A stretch of DNA of 64,000 nt, from contig CAXXYE010000001.1 of assembly GCA_963674865.2 (NCBI GenBank), positions 320,001 through 384,000 of the forward strand, read 5' to 3'. Below are positions 18,891 through 28,965 of the stretch, piece by piece (within the stretch, counting starts at the first letter, position 1; every line of letters starts with the position of its first letter). The notes under the pieces were generated by a model. That model searched no databases and had not been told where the DNA came from. It saw only the letters and a program-made list of their open reading frames with translations. Origin of the DNA: Candidatus Hydrogenedentota bacterium (GTDB lineage: Bacteria > Hydrogenedentota > Hydrogenedentia > Hydrogenedentales > SLHB01). The position numbers and the translations under genes are program-made.

Positions 18891-20773
18891 AGGGGCAGCG
18901 GTTTTACGCGGTTATCACGCTTCTGTTCATGAGCGCGCGGTGCTGTTCGGTATGAACATCGGCGGCTACGACCTGTGGCCTGCGGACGAGCCGCGCTTCG
19001 GCGAAGTGGCTCGCGAGATGATCCAGTTCGACGACTATCTCATGCCCCGCGTCAATGGCGAACCTTACAGAGAGAAGCCTCCGTTGCTCTTCTGGGCCAT
19101 CGCCGCCGCCTCGTGGCCTTTCGGCGACGTGACGGCGCTCTCGGCTCGCATCCCTTCGGTTCTGGCTGGCTTGGCAACCGTCCTGTTCACCTACCTCCTC
19201 ACGAAACGCCTATATGATCGCCGTACGGCTTGGTGGGCTGCCGTTGTGCTGATGACGGGCTTCCGCTTCTGGCACCAGGCCCGGACGGTGCAGATCGACA
19301 TGCTTCTCACCGCCTGCCTCACCCTTGTCCTGCTGGCGTTCTGGTGCTGGCACGACACGAGGCGAAGAAGGTGGCTGCTCCTCTTCTACGCTGCCATCGC
19401 GGCCGGTGTCTATGCCAAGGGCCCGCCCGCCATCGTCTTTCCCGTCCTCCTGGTGATCGCCTTCTACTGGAAACAGAAGGAAGAGCGGCGAAAGGTTCAC
19501 CTTGTCTGGGGCACTGTTGCTGTTGTCGCGGCCATTGCGCTATGGCTCATACCGGCGCGCATGGCCGCTGGCGGGGGAAGTCAAGGCGCCGAGACGGCCA
19601 TCGCAGGCAACCTGTTCCGCCAGATCATCGGGCGTTTTTTTCTAGGCGTGAGCAAGGCGCAATGGCCTTGGTACTACGTGGCCCAGACCCTTCCCGTCGA
19701 CCTCCTGCCGTGGACCCTCTTCGCCCCGTGGACGATCTACTGGACTTGGCGGCGCCGGAAGGAAGGGCCCGCCATGCGTCTGCTTTTGGCCTGGACCATC
19801 CCCGCCCTGACCTTCTTCAGCATATGTGTCGGCAAGCGTGCCATCTATATCCTGCCGCTCTTTCCTGCCTTCGCAATATTGACTGCCCGCAGCGTCCTCG
19901 ATCTTATGGCGGGCGACCGCTCGGTATGGCGGAAGCGCACCGCTGCCGCGTGGGGCGTTTCTCTCCTGCTTTTTGGCGCCTTGCCCTTCGCCCTTCTCCT
20001 GACGCCCTACCGCGATGTATGGGGCCGTGGATTCCTCATCCTTAGTCCTTTGCGCCTTCGCATTCGGCGCGGATACGCTGCGGGAGCGTCCCGCCGGACA
20101 GACTGCCGCGCCCTGCACGTTGCCATAGCGTCCCATTTCGCAGGTATTGCCCTCCTGAGCGCCTTGTTCATTCTCCCGGCGCTCAATCCGCATAAGTCCG
20201 CCCGGTGGATCTGCGAGCCGGTGAGAGGACTCGCTCAGACGGGACGCGAGTTTGACCTCTACTCCGTCGGCTTCTCGCGCGAGGAGTACATCTTCTATTC
20301 GAAGCATTTTCACGAGGCCGTATTGACGGATCTGCTGCCTGTCGAGCACCCGGAGGGGATGACGCTCCTCGAAATGGCGAAGCGTCAGAAACGCCTCCGC
20401 AAGGCGATTGAGGAAGCCGTCGCCGCCGTCGCGATTGCGTCTTTCGACAAGGTGACGCCCGATGAACTCCAAGCTCTCGAGCGCGCCGTTCATGATGGCC
20501 GTCGCCGAGCGAGGCGTTGACGACGCGCTCGCCGCCGAATTCGAGGCCACTCTCCGGCAAGCCGTCGACGAGTTTGCCGCCCGGTTTGAAGGGCCTGCAC
20601 CGGCGTTCCTATTTGTCGAGGAGGAGCAGTGGCGCTGGCTGCTGCCCATTCACCCCGCCATGGCGCACTATAAAATAGTCCGCCGCGGCGCCGTCGGAAG
20701 TCGCAGCGTCCTCCTTGTAGCCAATGAAAGCGGTGCCGCGGAACTGGCCGCGCAAGAGAAGTCGCCTGCTTGA
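18887..20773 (+). CDS. ArnT/GT39-family glycosyltransferase (lipid A modification type) with several apparent frameshifts
   Basis: DEPRF, EKPPL, ARIPS, DMLL, KGP, KRAIYILP motifs. ATG at 18887 overlaps the upstream TGA. Frame breaks near 18935, 20047/20085 and 20497. Confidence 0.8.
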
Positions 20774-20889
20774 CCCGCCGTGCGCGGTGGCATAATCTAG
20801 CATCCCGTGACAGAAGCGCCTCTGCGTTTGCGCCCTGAGACGGCTCCAAACGAAAGAGTCCCGAGTTTGACGATAGGAGTTTGCCCGCT

Positions 20890-21033
20890 ATGTTTATCAT
20901 TGAAGGACTTCAGACGTACTTCCAGAGCCTTTGGGGGGAAGTCGTGAATATCTCCCTCGATAATCCTCTCAGCTACGTCTATGCCATCCTAAATGTCATT
21001 CTCATGCTTTTCGGCCTTCAGGTAAGCGACTGA
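20890..21033 (+). CDS. Small hydrophobic protein (47 aa), unknown function
   Basis: ATG preceded by AGGAG, reading MFIIEGLQTYFQSLWGEVVNISLDNPLSYVYAILNVILMLFGLQVSD*. Upstream extended -10 (TGgCATAAT at 20788-20796). Confidence 0.6.
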   Translation: MFIIEGLQTYFQSLWGEVVNISLDNPLSYVYAILNVILMLFGLQVSD

Positions 21034-21098
21034 CGCTCCTATCCGGTGAGTCCCAAGCCGCAGCGGACGCCGTGTGAAGCCGGGGGAGGGTGCGCGCC

Positions 21099-23525
21099 AT
21101 GAACCGGCCCTTGGTTTGGGTGGCCGTCGGCCTTGCGTTGGGCGGCTACCTTGCCGCGGTGGGGCTTCTGCCCGGCCTTGCCGCACCCATCGCACTGTGG
21201 TTTGTGGGCCTTCTGCTCACGCTCTTCCCCGTCCGGCTTGGCGGCAAGCGCCTTGTCAGTGTGCTGCTTTGCTTCCTTGGCGCCGGTGCGCTGTTGTGGA
21301 ACGCGCGCTACGCCGGCCCGCCGGGAGACGCCCTGAGCCGTTACAGCACCGCCCATCCCGACACAAGGTTCACGCTCGAAGGGCGTGTACGCCGAGCGGA
21401 TCTTGTTCTCCCGGGTGAACGCCGTGTCCAGTTTCTGCTTGATGTGGATCGCGTTATCACGGACGGTAAGGCGCTGGCGCTCGATGGCGGCGTCATTGTT
21501 CGAGGCGGAGAGGGTGGTACGCCGCTTTACGCAGGGCAGCGGGTGAGGGTCGCCGGAACGCTACGCCACGTGCTTGGCCCCGTCAACCCGGGGATTCAGG
21601 ACGTCGAGGACTACTTGCGCCGCCATGGAATCCACAGTGTGCTCCGTCTCCGAGAGCAGGAGGCAGTTGAATTCATTGGATCCGCGCCATGGTGGTCGCC
21701 CTTCTATTGCGCGTCCCGCCTCCGCCAAGTGGAGGCGAACCGGCTGGTTGAGGCGCTTCCGGAATCCGTCTTCCCCTTTGTTCTAACCGTCTGGCTGGGC
21801 GACCGCAGCGGAGTATCCCGAGAGGAATACCAGCGATTTGTCGAGTCCGGAACCGCCCATATTCTGGCCGTTTCCGGCGTTCATGCCGGCATCGTGTTCC
21901 TGGCCTTGTCCTTCTTGCTGCGTCTTGTCACCAATCGCCGCAAACTGCGAACTGCTCTGACGATGGCCGGTGTGTTGCTTTTCGCCCTGGTTGCGGGCGC
22001 GAGAATCACGAGCATGCGCGCCGGCACGATGATCGCCATGTACCTCATAGCCGAACTCTTCGACAGGGAGCCTGATGCACCCACGGCGCTGAGCGTCAGT
22101 GCCGTCATCTTCATGCTGCTCAATCCCGCCGTGCTGATCGACCACGGCTTCTTGCTCTCATTCGCCAGCGTAGCGTCCATTCTCATCTTCGCCGATCCCA
22201 TCCAGGCGTATCTCAGCCGTTTGCCCTCGTTTCTGACGCGACTGCTCGCGCCCACTCTGGCGGTGCAGGCTTTGCCACTGCCGCTCGCCGTGCACTTCTT
22301 TCACGTACTTCCCCTTGCTGCGCCTTTCGCCAATCTCCTCGTGCTTCCTCTTCTTACCATCACTCTGGGCCTTTGCTTGTTCACGACGATCGCGGCGCTG
22401 GTGTTTCCCGGCGTGGCTGTTCTCTTCGGCCATGCCCTTGTACCCGTCGTCTTTCTCATCCGCACCATTGTCGAGGCCGTGGCCGGGACGGGATTTGCCC
22501 ACCTGAGAGTCACCAGTCCGACCGCGTTGGCTATGGCCTGCTACTGGGCGGGCATCGCGTGCCTTTGGGCCGCGGGGCGCCGGTTTCACAGACGCATGTG
22601 GACAGTGGCGGGACTGGCTTCCTTCGTGCTCGTGGTTGTTTGCTGGCGTCCTTGGCGGCCGGAGCCGGAGGTGACATTTCTCGACGTCGGCCACGGCGAC
22701 GCGGCCGTTATCCGTACCCCTGCCGGCGCAACGGCCCTCATCGACGGCGGCGACGCTAATCCCTATGTGGACATGGGGGAGAGGGTCGTTGCCCCCTTTC
22801 TCTGGACCCACCATATCGCCCACCTGGACTGCGTCATCCTCTCGCATCCCGACCGCGACCACATCGGCGGCCTCTTCTATGTCGTCTCGCACTTCTCCGT
22901 CGGCGAGGTATTGTTGACGCCCGGCCTCGACGCCCACCAGGCCCAGCATTCGCTCATCACTGAGTGCGCCAAGCGCAACATCCCTGTGAGGCACCTCCAC
23001 GCGGGCGAGACAGTCTCTCTCGGTGACGCGTCCCTTGACGTGCTCCATCCTCCCGTCGGCTGGCCGGAGGGAGACGACGTCAACGATCACTCAATCGTCA
23101 TCCGTCTCCGATGGCCGGGCCCCGCCGTCCTATTCACGGGAGACGTCGAAGCCGCTGCCGAGTCCGCCGTCAGGCAGCGTGACTGTGCCGCCCCTGTACT
23201 CAAAGTCCCCCATCACGGATCGCGCACTTCAAGTTCGCCCGACTTTGTCGCCGCCGTGGCGCCACGGCACGCCATTGTGTCGACGGGTGGCCATTACGGC
23301 CGAGAATGCGTCAACGACGCCGTGCTCGATCGCTACACGGATGAGGGGGCCGTTCTGTGGCGCACCGATGAACTAGGCGGCGTCACTCTATCCCTGGAAG
23401 AGGACGGCGCCGCGTTCTTGAGCGCTGCCCGCGCGACTCGTGGCTACCTGACGCAGTCGGACCTTGCCTACGCGGTGCGAACGCTTGTCCTAGGCTCCCA
23501 TGTCCCTGCCGCGGCGGCGCCGTAG
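21099..23525 (+). CDS. comEC: DNA internalization competence protein ComEC/Rec2
   Basis: GTAHILAVSGVH competence domain and metallo-beta-lactamase domain (LDVGHGD, SHPDRDHIGG, TGD, KVPHHGS). Confidence 0.95.
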   Translation: MNRPLVWVAVGLALGGYLAAVGLLPGLAAPIALWFVGLLLTLFPVRLGGKRLVSVLLCFLGAGALLWNARYAGPPGDALSRYSTAHPDTRFTLEGRVRRADLVLPGERRVQFLLDVDRVITDGKALALDGGVIVRGGEGGTPLYAGQRVRVAGTLRHVLGPVNPGIQDVEDYLRRHGIHSVLRLREQEAVEFIGSAPWWSPFYCASRLRQVEANRLVEALPESVFPFVLTVWLGDRSGVSREEYQRFVESGTAHILAVSGVHAGIVFLALSFLLRLVTNRRKLRTALTMAGVLLFALVAGARITSMRAGTMIAMYLIAELFDREPDAPTALSVSAVIFMLLNPAVLIDHGFLLSFASVASILIFADPIQAYLSRLPSFLTRLLAPTLAVQALPLPLAVHFFHVLPLAAPFANLLVLPLLTITLGLCLFTTIAALVFPGVAVLFGHALVPVVFLIRTIVEAVAGTGFAHLRVTSPTALAMACYWAGIACLWAAGRRFHRRMWTVAGLASFVLVVVCWRPWRPEPEVTFLDVGHGDAAVIRTPAGATALIDGGDANPYVDMGERVVAPFLWTHHIAHLDCVILSHPDRDHIGGLFYVVSHFSVGEVLLTPGLDAHQAQHSLITECAKRNIPVRHLHAGETVSLGDASLDVLHPPVGWPEGDDVNDHSIVIRLRWPGPAVLFTGDVEAAAESAVRQRDCAAPVLKVPHHGSRTSSSPDFVAAVAPRHAIVSTGGHYGRECVNDAVLDRYTDEGAVLWRTDELGGVTLSLEEDGAAFLSAARATRGYLTQSDLAYAVRTLVLGSHVPAAAAP

Positions 23526-23623
23526 GCTATTCGCCCCGCGCGCCCGCCCGGCACAAGCGTCTCTTGCCTGCTGCCGTCCCAGAAGGAGTTTTCCGGGACG
23601 GAGACGGCTCTATCTCGGCGTGT

Positions 23624-23711
23624 GCCCTGAAGGGGCGACGCATGCCAGCCCGGCGCAACGCGGCGCCGCGTGTCTATCGCCACAAGAGGTGAGCCCTGAA
23701 GGGGCGTGACA
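23624..23711 (+). repeat. REP-like tripartite hairpin element (copy 1)
   Basis: GCCCTGAAGGGGCG ... AGCCCGGCGCAACGCGGCGCCG ... GCCCTGAAGGGGCGTGACA. Related to 50306-50395. Confidence 0.65.
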
Positions 23712-23836
23712 GGCGGGTTACGGCTCTCTCTCATGCCAGTCAGTGTTCAAGATCCCGTTTCCTTCAAGCGAGCTGCGACAAAGGCCGGGTGTATGTGATA
23801 ACGTGTGCGTCATCCGATCAAGGAGTTGAATCCACT

Positions 23837-25036
23837 ATGTTCGACGAACTCAAAGCAGAATGCGATGCTCTCGGCAAACCGGACTGGCGGCCCATGCTTC
23901 GCTACCTGGCCGATCTGCACGAGCAGAGCACGCATCCAGCCCGGCCGCCGTTCCCTTTTCCGTGGGAGGAGATCGGCCCCGGCTACTGCTACCGCCCCGC
24001 CTTCGGGCATTGGGATATTGTCCACGCCATCCTCGATGTTCTCCCATCGGAGCCGGAACACGCAAGAGGCCAGCTTCTCAACAACCTGGCCGCCCAACAG
24101 GACGACGGCCTTGTCCCGGGCTCGATCTACTTCCGTGACGACGCTCCTCAGTGGAATCACGAGGTCGGCCATCCCGCCGTGTGGCCCATGGCCGCCGACG
24201 ATTACCATGAACTCACGAAAGACCCCGCCTTCCTCCAGCGATGCTATGACGCCCTCACCCGACAGATCACCTGGTTCGAGATCCACCGCGCTGCGGAGAA
24301 TGGGGGATTTTTCTACTGCGACATCGTCAACAGGCATTGGGAAAGCGGCATCGACATAGGCATCCGTTTCGACGACCTGCCCGACGCCCCCTACGCCTGC
24401 GTCGATGCGACGGCCCACGTTTTCCTGCTGTACGACTCCGCTGCGCGATGGGCCGAGTGCCTCGGATTGGAGGCGGAGGCTCACGCCGACAAGGCCGCCC
24501 AACTCAGCGCTTTCATTCAGGACAAGCTCTGGAACGAGGATACAAGCTTCTTTCACGATGCCTGGCTCGTAGGCTTATCTGCGCCACCGATGGCCTTTGA
24601 GGGAATGTGGCCTGTGGTCGTCGGTGCGGCCTCGGAGGCCCAAGCCGAACGCGTCATCGAGGGCAGCCTGCTCAATCCCGAACGCTTCTTCTCGACCCAT
24701 CCCATCGCATCCGTCGGCGTCAATGATCCTCGCTTCCAGCTCCGCTGCTGGCGCGGGCCGACGTGGAACAGCATGGCACTTTGGGCCGCCCGCGGATGCC
24801 TGCGCTACGGCTTCACACAAGCGGCTCGCGCCCTCGTCGAGCACGCCCTCGACGCTACCGCCCGGCAGTTCGAACGTACCGGCACCATCTGGGAGTTCTA
24901 CCACCCACACGGCGGGCCGCCGGAAGAGGTGGAGCGCAAGCCAAAGACGTCGCAGAACTCCCCTTGCCGGGACTACGTCGGGCACAACCCGCTGATTGAG
25001 ATGGCCAGAGTGTGGGAAGCCACCGTTTCCGAATGA
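23837..25036 (+). CDS. GH63/MGH1-like (alpha/alpha)6 glycoside hydrolase
   Basis: HWD, HPAVW, WESGID, WRGPTW, WEFYHP motifs. AAGGAG RBS before MFDELK. Confidence 0.82.
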   Translation: MFDELKAECDALGKPDWRPMLRYLADLHEQSTHPARPPFPFPWEEIGPGYCYRPAFGHWDIVHAILDVLPSEPEHARGQLLNNLAAQQDDGLVPGSIYFRDDAPQWNHEVGHPAVWPMAADDYHELTKDPAFLQRCYDALTRQITWFEIHRAAENGGFFYCDIVNRHWESGIDIGIRFDDLPDAPYACVDATAHVFLLYDSAARWAECLGLEAEAHADKAAQLSAFIQDKLWNEDTSFFHDAWLVGLSAPPMAFEGMWPVVVGAASEAQAERVIEGSLLNPERFFSTHPIASVGVNDPRFQLRCWRGPTWNSMALWAARGCLRYGFTQAARALVEHALDATARQFERTGTIWEFYHPHGGPPEEVERKPKTSQNSPCRDYVGHNPLIEMARVWEATVSE

Positions 25037-25043
25037 GTGCCGG

Positions 25044-26966
25044 CTACTTTGCTGATGCGGCGGTTTCGCGAGCGGCGCCCCTGCGTTCCCGCAGCCAGGA
25101 CGCAAAACCTATCAAAAGCACAACGCCTTCCGCCGCGTAGAACATGGCCAGTGCCCGGTGTATCCCGGTGGTGAAGCCGTAGCTGTGAAGCCCTATCCCC
25201 AACTGGTTCACGCCAAACCATGAGAAGGCGATGATCACCGTCCCGAAGATCGCCGCCAGGTGCAGCCCGTACTGCCGGATGTATCCTCCCAGACGCGCGT
25301 GGAGGATGAACAACTGCCACAGCACCAGCATCAGCGCGCCGTTCTCCTTGGGATCCCATCCCCAGAATCGGCCCCAACTCTCATTCGCCCAGATTCCTCC
25401 AAGCACCGTCCCGAGCATCGAGAAGAGCAGCGCAAAACAAAGCACGCCGTAAACCATCCGCGTGAGATCCTCGCCGAGACGCCCGTTCCGCCCCCCCAGG
25501 GCCTTCCAGAGAATGAATACATGCGCCATTGCTCCCGCAAGTAGCCCGGCCCCGTAGCCGATGGCGATAGTCGTCACATGCATCGCCAGCCAGAAGCTGG
25601 TGTTAAGCACGGCAATCATGCTGGGCATGGTGTCCGCGCCTTCCTTGAGCTCGTAGCGGTAGGCAAGGAAGAGGCCCAGTGCCCCGACCAGGGAGGCGAC
25701 TGGGAGGCCCACGTTTCGGCGAATGATCCAGTCCGACACAAGTGCCGTCACCACGGCTACGGCCGTTGCGAACAGGATGGTTTCGTAGAGCGTTGTCACG
25801 GGCGGACGCCCACGGATGACGCACCGCATGACAATGCCCGCCACCAGAAGCAGTGTCGGCGCTGCCACCGCTGTGAAGGTCATCGCCCGCGTCACGGGCT
25901 TGTCGGGCAGCAGCCACGAGAGCGCGATCAGAACGAAGCTCAGCACGTAGAGTATCAGCGCAAAATAGAGCGGCCGGAGCCGGTAGTAATCCACCTCGAG
26001 TTCGATTCGGCCGTATTCGCCGCGCGCCGAAGCCTGAGCTGTGGTTGACTCATGAAGACCCACGAGCGCCTGCTTGAATTGCTCCGGGTCGTTGGCCCAC
26101 CGGCCCATCTCATCCAGCAGGCCGAGGACTTCGAGTTGTTGCGCCGAGACGCCATGCCCCGCGAAGGCCCGTTCGGCCAGATCGGCGGGCGTGAGCCATT
26201 CCGTTTTGCCCGGAGGCGGCGGGATCAACGCCAACGCCCTCGCCATCCCCGCCATGGTACTCACGTCCTCCAGAAACCGCGCAAGCGTGGCCAAGTCCGG
26301 ATCATTCTCGGGACGCTCATCGCGCAGCGTCAGATACATCTGCCGCAACGCCGGCGCTTTTGCCAGAATGCCTCCCAGTCGGGGCGCCGGCTGCTCCGGG
26401 AAGAGCGATGCAAGCCCCTCGCTCCCGGCCGCGTCGAAGTCGTGCCGTGCAAACCGCAGAAAATCGGCCAGCGTCTCGAACTCGTGGACATTCTCGGCGA
26501 GGTTCACCAATTGCGCCTGAACCGGCGTCCGGGAACGAGGCGGGATCCTCCTGAACTTGCTCGCTAACTCGTACAATCTGCCACGCGCGGGAGCCAGGTC
26601 CTCATAGGCATACCGGGCCCGCTTCTTCTCGGCTGGCAGTCCGATCGCCGTCAACACCTCCGTGTTGTCCACGCGAAACACCTTGTATTGCGCGGCTTCT
26701 TCCGGGCGCAACAGACAGTCCATCAACCATTCCGATGGCCTGATTGTGTCCCCCGCGGCGTTCTTCGTAGCCCGCCGGCCGTTGAGCTTGAGCAGCGTGA
26801 ATCCCGCGACGGTATCAAGCGGCTTCACACGCCCGCCATCCTGCACCGGCAGCGTCGCGAAGAGGTGGATCGCCTCCGGATCCCAAGGCGCCGCGGTGCC
26901 GTCCGCAGGTTCGGCCGCCCCGAAGGCCGCCCCGGCTGTCACCAGAATGCTTAACCAGCCGATCAT
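25044..26966 (-). CDS. ccsA: Cytochrome c biogenesis protein CcsA/ResC (system II) with a large N-terminal soluble domain
   Basis: WWD domain WANESWGRFWGWDPKE, WLAMHV, GLHSYG, N-terminal GRVKPLDT. Confidence 0.93.
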   Translation of the reverse strand: MIGWLSILVTAGAAFGAAEPADGTAAPWDPEAIHLFATLPVQDGGRVKPLDTVAGFTLLKLNGRRATKNAAGDTIRPSEWLMDCLLRPEEAAQYKVFRVDNTEVLTAIGLPAEKKRARYAYEDLAPARGRLYELASKFRRIPPRSRTPVQAQLVNLAENVHEFETLADFLRFARHDFDAAGSEGLASLFPEQPAPRLGGILAKAPALRQMYLTLRDERPENDPDLATLARFLEDVSTMAGMARALALIPPPPGKTEWLTPADLAERAFAGHGVSAQQLEVLGLLDEMGRWANDPEQFKQALVGLHESTTAQASARGEYGRIELEVDYYRLRPLYFALILYVLSFVLIALSWLLPDKPVTRAMTFTAVAAPTLLLVAGIVMRCVIRGRPPVTTLYETILFATAVAVVTALVSDWIIRRNVGLPVASLVGALGLFLAYRYELKEGADTMPSMIAVLNTSFWLAMHVTTIAIGYGAGLLAGAMAHVFILWKALGGRNGRLGEDLTRMVYGVLCFALLFSMLGTVLGGIWANESWGRFWGWDPKENGALMLVLWQLFILHARLGGYIRQYGLHLAAIFGTVIIAFSWFGVNQLGIGLHSYGFTTGIHRALAMFYAAEGVVLLIGFASWLRERRGAARETAASAK

Positions 26967-28138
26967 GCGGCGGCCCTCCGCCGGGACGCGAGGAACATCC
27001 CAAGCTTCCGCGCGAGATGGAGCACCAGTCCGAGCGTGACGATCACGCACGCGTAGAGCGGAAACGGATCGGCCGGATTCTTCACCACGGCCAACGTCGA
27101 ATACAGCCGCGCGTTTGGTCCCGCGTCCGGCGGGCCCCAGCCGGATTGGAAGATGGTGTAGCCTCTATACCGGAGCGGATCGTTCATCTCGATCCGCACC
27201 TTCTGCGTGGTTCCGTTCTGCGTCGTCGTTACATCGCTCGCGAAGGCCTTCGGCAGATTAGTCCGCGGATGCAACTCCCGCGTGAACCTGTCCAAGGTGA
27301 GCGTGAATGGCAAGGGCATGCGCCGTTTGCGCAGCGTGAAAGTCCAGGCGGCCCCATTCGCTTCGACGCAGAACGGCCCGCGCTCCCCAGCCCACACAAT
27401 GCCCTCGTGAGGAGTGCTGTCCGATGCTCCTTCTACGGCGGCATACACACCTGGCACATTGCGCTCCCGCTCCTTCTCCGGCGGCACGGCGTCCAGGAAG
27501 AAGCCGTCGACCACCCGTACGCCTTGCGCGCTGCCAAGCGCCCCGGCCGGGCGCGGCACCGCATTGACTGTGAAGCCGCTGAGTGTTACGCGGAAAGGTA
27601 GCTTCTCGGCGAAGAAGGCCCGTGCCTGTCCTGGCCCGAGTCTCTCGAAGTCCTTCTGCGGGATCACGAACTCCTGCCCCGATTCATCGCCACCGACGGG
27701 GGCAATGGCCAATTCCCACTCGTAGTAACTCTCGAAGTAGTCGCTGTGCTCGCCCTCGAACAGCGTTACGTGCCCGTTCTCCGAGAACTCATGCGTAATG
27801 AATCCGCCTAGCAGCAGGAAGAGTACGCCGGCGTGAGCCGTGAGGATACCGACGTGCGACCAGCCCTTGCGTGCGCGCAAGATGCCGCCGCACAGCAGGT
27901 TCACGAAGAACACGGACAGCAGGAGGTAGCCTCCGGGCAATGGAACCGGAAACGCCCCGAAAAGACGATGAATTAGCAGAAATGACGCAAAATACTTCTG
28001 TTTAGCCGCATAAAGCCCATGCTCCACCTGGTGAAGTGTGCCCAGGTACGTTAGAACAAGCAGCAGCGCCAGTAGCACGCACGACAGTCCATACGATCCG
28101 AGCAGCCGAAAGAGCCGTTTGAATGCTGCGGCCGCCAC
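26963..28138 (-). CDS. ResB/CcsB-like cytochrome c biogenesis protein
   Basis: Three N-terminal TMs with H-containing TAHAG, periplasmic region with IEMNDPLRYRGYTIFQSG, C-terminal TM. Overlaps the ccsA start. Confidence 0.85.
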   Translation of the reverse strand: MAAAAFKRLFRLLGSYGLSCVLLALLLVLTYLGTLHQVEHGLYAAKQKYFASFLLIHRLFGAFPVPLPGGYLLLSVFFVNLLCGGILRARKGWSHVGILTAHAGVLFLLLGGFITHEFSENGHVTLFEGEHSDYFESYYEWELAIAPVGGDESGQEFVIPQKDFERLGPGQARAFFAEKLPFRVTLSGFTVNAVPRPAGALGSAQGVRVVDGFFLDAVPPEKERERNVPGVYAAVEGASDSTPHEGIVWAGERGPFCVEANGAAWTFTLRKRRMPLPFTLTLDRFTRELHPRTNLPKAFASDVTTTQNGTTQKVRIEMNDPLRYRGYTIFQSGWGPPDAGPNARLYSTLAVVKNPADPFPLYACVIVTLGLVLHLARKLGMFLASRRRAAA

Positions 28139-28812
28139 TATGGAGTCGCCTCAAGCTCGAAGGATTCGCAGAAGCCGATGAAGCGGGCCTTCTCCGCCTT
28201 GACGGCCGCCTCCGGACCAACCATCTTGATGAACAGACACTGCGTCCCTAGCGGACAGAGCGTCGCCAATAGCATGGCCCCATCCTTCGGTGGCCCCATC
28301 ATGCCCGTATACGTTCCGGCGACTTCGACAAGCGGCGCCGCCCTGCCGAGCACCTCAATCTGCGGGAGATCTGCCGCCTTCTGTTCATCAAGCGGCCCGA
28401 GTGCCATTTGGCTTCGCCACCGGTTCACGTTGGCTGTTATGCCTCCAGCATCACCCGGCAGGAGCATCGCGTAACACGTGATTTCCTCCGCCGGGCCTGC
28501 GGTGAACGTCACCAGCCGTCCCGGGCGCGAAGTCGCCTCCTGCCATCCTTCCGGCGATTGCCAACGAAGCTGCCGAGACTCCGGTTCGTCTGGCCCGCCA
28601 TCGGCTACGTGTGGCCCTTTGCTCGCGGGAGCCGACGGCGGCGCCGGCGCATAGCGGAAACGTACGGCGCTCGTCATAGACAGGGCCGGTGTCCGGCCTG
28701 CGTCCATGACGGTACGCACGTCAATGATCTCCTTTGCCGCCAAAGACTGCCCACATCCGGTCGGCAGACTCAACGCCAAGGCCAATATCGCCCAAACTCG
28801 CATTACTCTCAT
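28138..28812 (-). CDS. Conserved hypothetical lipoprotein coupled to the ccs genes
   Basis: Signal peptide with LPTG-C, WQSPEGW and ANVNRWRSQM motifs. Stop overlaps the resB-like start. Confidence 0.7.
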   Translation of the reverse strand: MRVMRVWAILALALSLPTGCGQSLAAKEIIDVRTVMDAGRTPALSMTSAVRFRYAPAPPSAPASKGPHVADGGPDEPESRQLRWQSPEGWQEATSRPGRLVTFTAGPAEEITCYAMLLPGDAGGITANVNRWRSQMALGPLDEQKAADLPQIEVLGRAAPLVEVAGTYTGMMGPPKDGAMLLATLCPLGTQCLFIKMVGPEAAVKAEKARFIGFCESFELEATP

Positions 28813-28845
28813 GCCTGTCACTAACACGCCCAATCAGGTTATCCA

Positions 28846-28880
28846 GTCCCCGGGGGGGGATGGTAATCTCCCCCCCGGAC
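28846..28880. other. GC-rich inverted repeat (hairpin) in a divergent intergenic region
   Basis: GTCCCCGGGGGGGGAT-ggta-ATCTCCCCCCCGGAC, with no U-tract. Confidence 0.45.
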
Positions 28881-28965
28881 GGCATTCAAGGTATCCGTCT
28901 CATCTCGACATGGTTGAACGCATCCGCGCATGGCACTATTCTGCCTTGTGCAGGAGGACATTCCC

